From positions 14,136,001 to 14,200,000 of the forward strand of contig NC_134473.1 of the NCBI RefSeq assembly GCF_964194025.1: a DNA stretch of 64,000 nucleotides. Direction: 5' to 3'. The position numbers were made by a program, and so were the translations under genes. This DNA comes from Convolutriloba macropyga (Eukaryota). The notes below the pieces were generated by a model that saw only the letters and a list, made by a program, of their open reading frames with translations, searched no databases and was not told the DNA's origin. Below are positions 63,206-64,000 of the stretch, one piece after another (the first letter of the stretch is position 1; each line of letters begins with the position of its first letter).

Positions 63206-63420
63206 NNNNNNNNNNNNNNNNNNNNNNNNNNNNNNNNNNNNNNNNNNNNNNNNNNNNNNNNNNNNNNNNNNNNNNNNNNNNNNNNNNNNNNNNNNNNNNN
63301 NNNNNNNNNNNNNNNNNNNNNNNNNNNNNNNNNNNNNNNNNNNNNNNNNNNNNNNNNNNNNNNNNNNNNNNNNNNNNNNNNNNNNNNNNNNNNNNNNNNN
63401 NNNNNTAGAAACAATGGATG

Positions 63421-63465
<45 letters not shown>

Positions 63466-63617
63466 ATAAGACTTGTATNNNNNNNNNNNNNNNNNNNNNN
63501 NNNNNNNNNNNNNNNNNNNNNNNNNNNNNNNNNNNNNNNNNNNNNNNNNNNNNNNNNNNNNNNNNNNNNNNNNNNNNNNNNNNNNNNNNNNNNNNNNNNN
63601 NNNNNNNNNNNNNNNNN
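63206..63617. other. Two assembly gaps (63206-63405 and 63479-63617)
   Basis: Runs of N. Confidence 1.
63424..63461. repeat. (TA)n microsatellite
   Basis: Direct reading; lies between two assembly gaps. Confidence 0.95.
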
Positions 63618-63675
63618 ACGGCAAAGATTTTATTTTGCCTTGGGTAATATAAGCAGGCATTTAACTAAAACAGTT

Positions 63676-63787
63676 TTCTGGGTGTTCCACTTTTCACCCC
63701 TTTTCATTTAACCCCCTATCATTAAACTCCGATTTATTCACCCCTGTATCATTTAACCCCTCTATCTTTTAACCCCTATTAATATAT

Positions 63788-63840
<53 letters not shown>

Positions 63841-64000
63841 CATCATACATATACATATAATATACATTATACATATATGTATGTATATGTATAATATATA
63901 GTATGTATAATATATACACATTCACAGCAAATTTTACACCAGGAGAAAAAATACAACGCCTTCGAAAGGCGCATAACATTTGAATTATCATTCAGGGGGT
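63676..64000. repeat. About 15-bp atcatttaacccct subrepeats followed by (TA)n and AT-rich simple repeat; probable MITE truncated by the window end
   Basis: Repeated ttaacccc/ttcacccc at 63692-63777, (TA)n at 63791-63833, and inverted agggggt at the window edge. Confidence 0.5.

Noticed and set aside
63154-63991. ORFs with X runs or IYIY repeats (also 19491-19725 and 36576-36950)
   Set aside because: Artefacts of N gaps and (TA)n microsatellites.
1-64000. Autonomous transposase, reverse transcriptase or Rep-helicase gene
   Set aside because: No long ORF or catalytic motif was seen; all elements appear non-autonomous.

Overview
This is AT-rich, intron-rich, repeat-rich eukaryotic DNA, most likely from an invertebrate animal. 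The taxon cannot be fixed from the window, and there are four assembly gaps. Most six-frame ORFs are noise; three spliced genes emerge once GT-AG junctions are joined. (1) + strand, 3868-10111: the last four exons of a receptor protein tyrosine phosphatase. They encode an inactive D2 domain of the R5 type (PTPRZ1/PTPRG/Ptp99A-like; motif IVVDRFGGTSASVFCAL) and a long tail. (2) + strand, 17157-27682: a complete two-exon, 246-aa tetraspanin whose 9.8-kb intron is filled with satellite arrays. (3) - strand, 53927-31650: a pleiotrophin/midkine (PTN/MK)-family gene in five phase-1 exons. It has a signal peptide, one N-type domain with exact PTN cysteine spacing and two C-type domains; a two-gene reading is also possible. 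In vertebrates PTN/MK are ligands of PTPRZ1, so the main finding is a candidate receptor-tetraspanin-ligand cluster. The rest is five Helentron/DINE-1-like elements (about 20% of the window), several MITEs, about 180-bp and 897-bp tandem arrays, and microsatellites. All gene models were assembled by hand and are not validated by transcript data.
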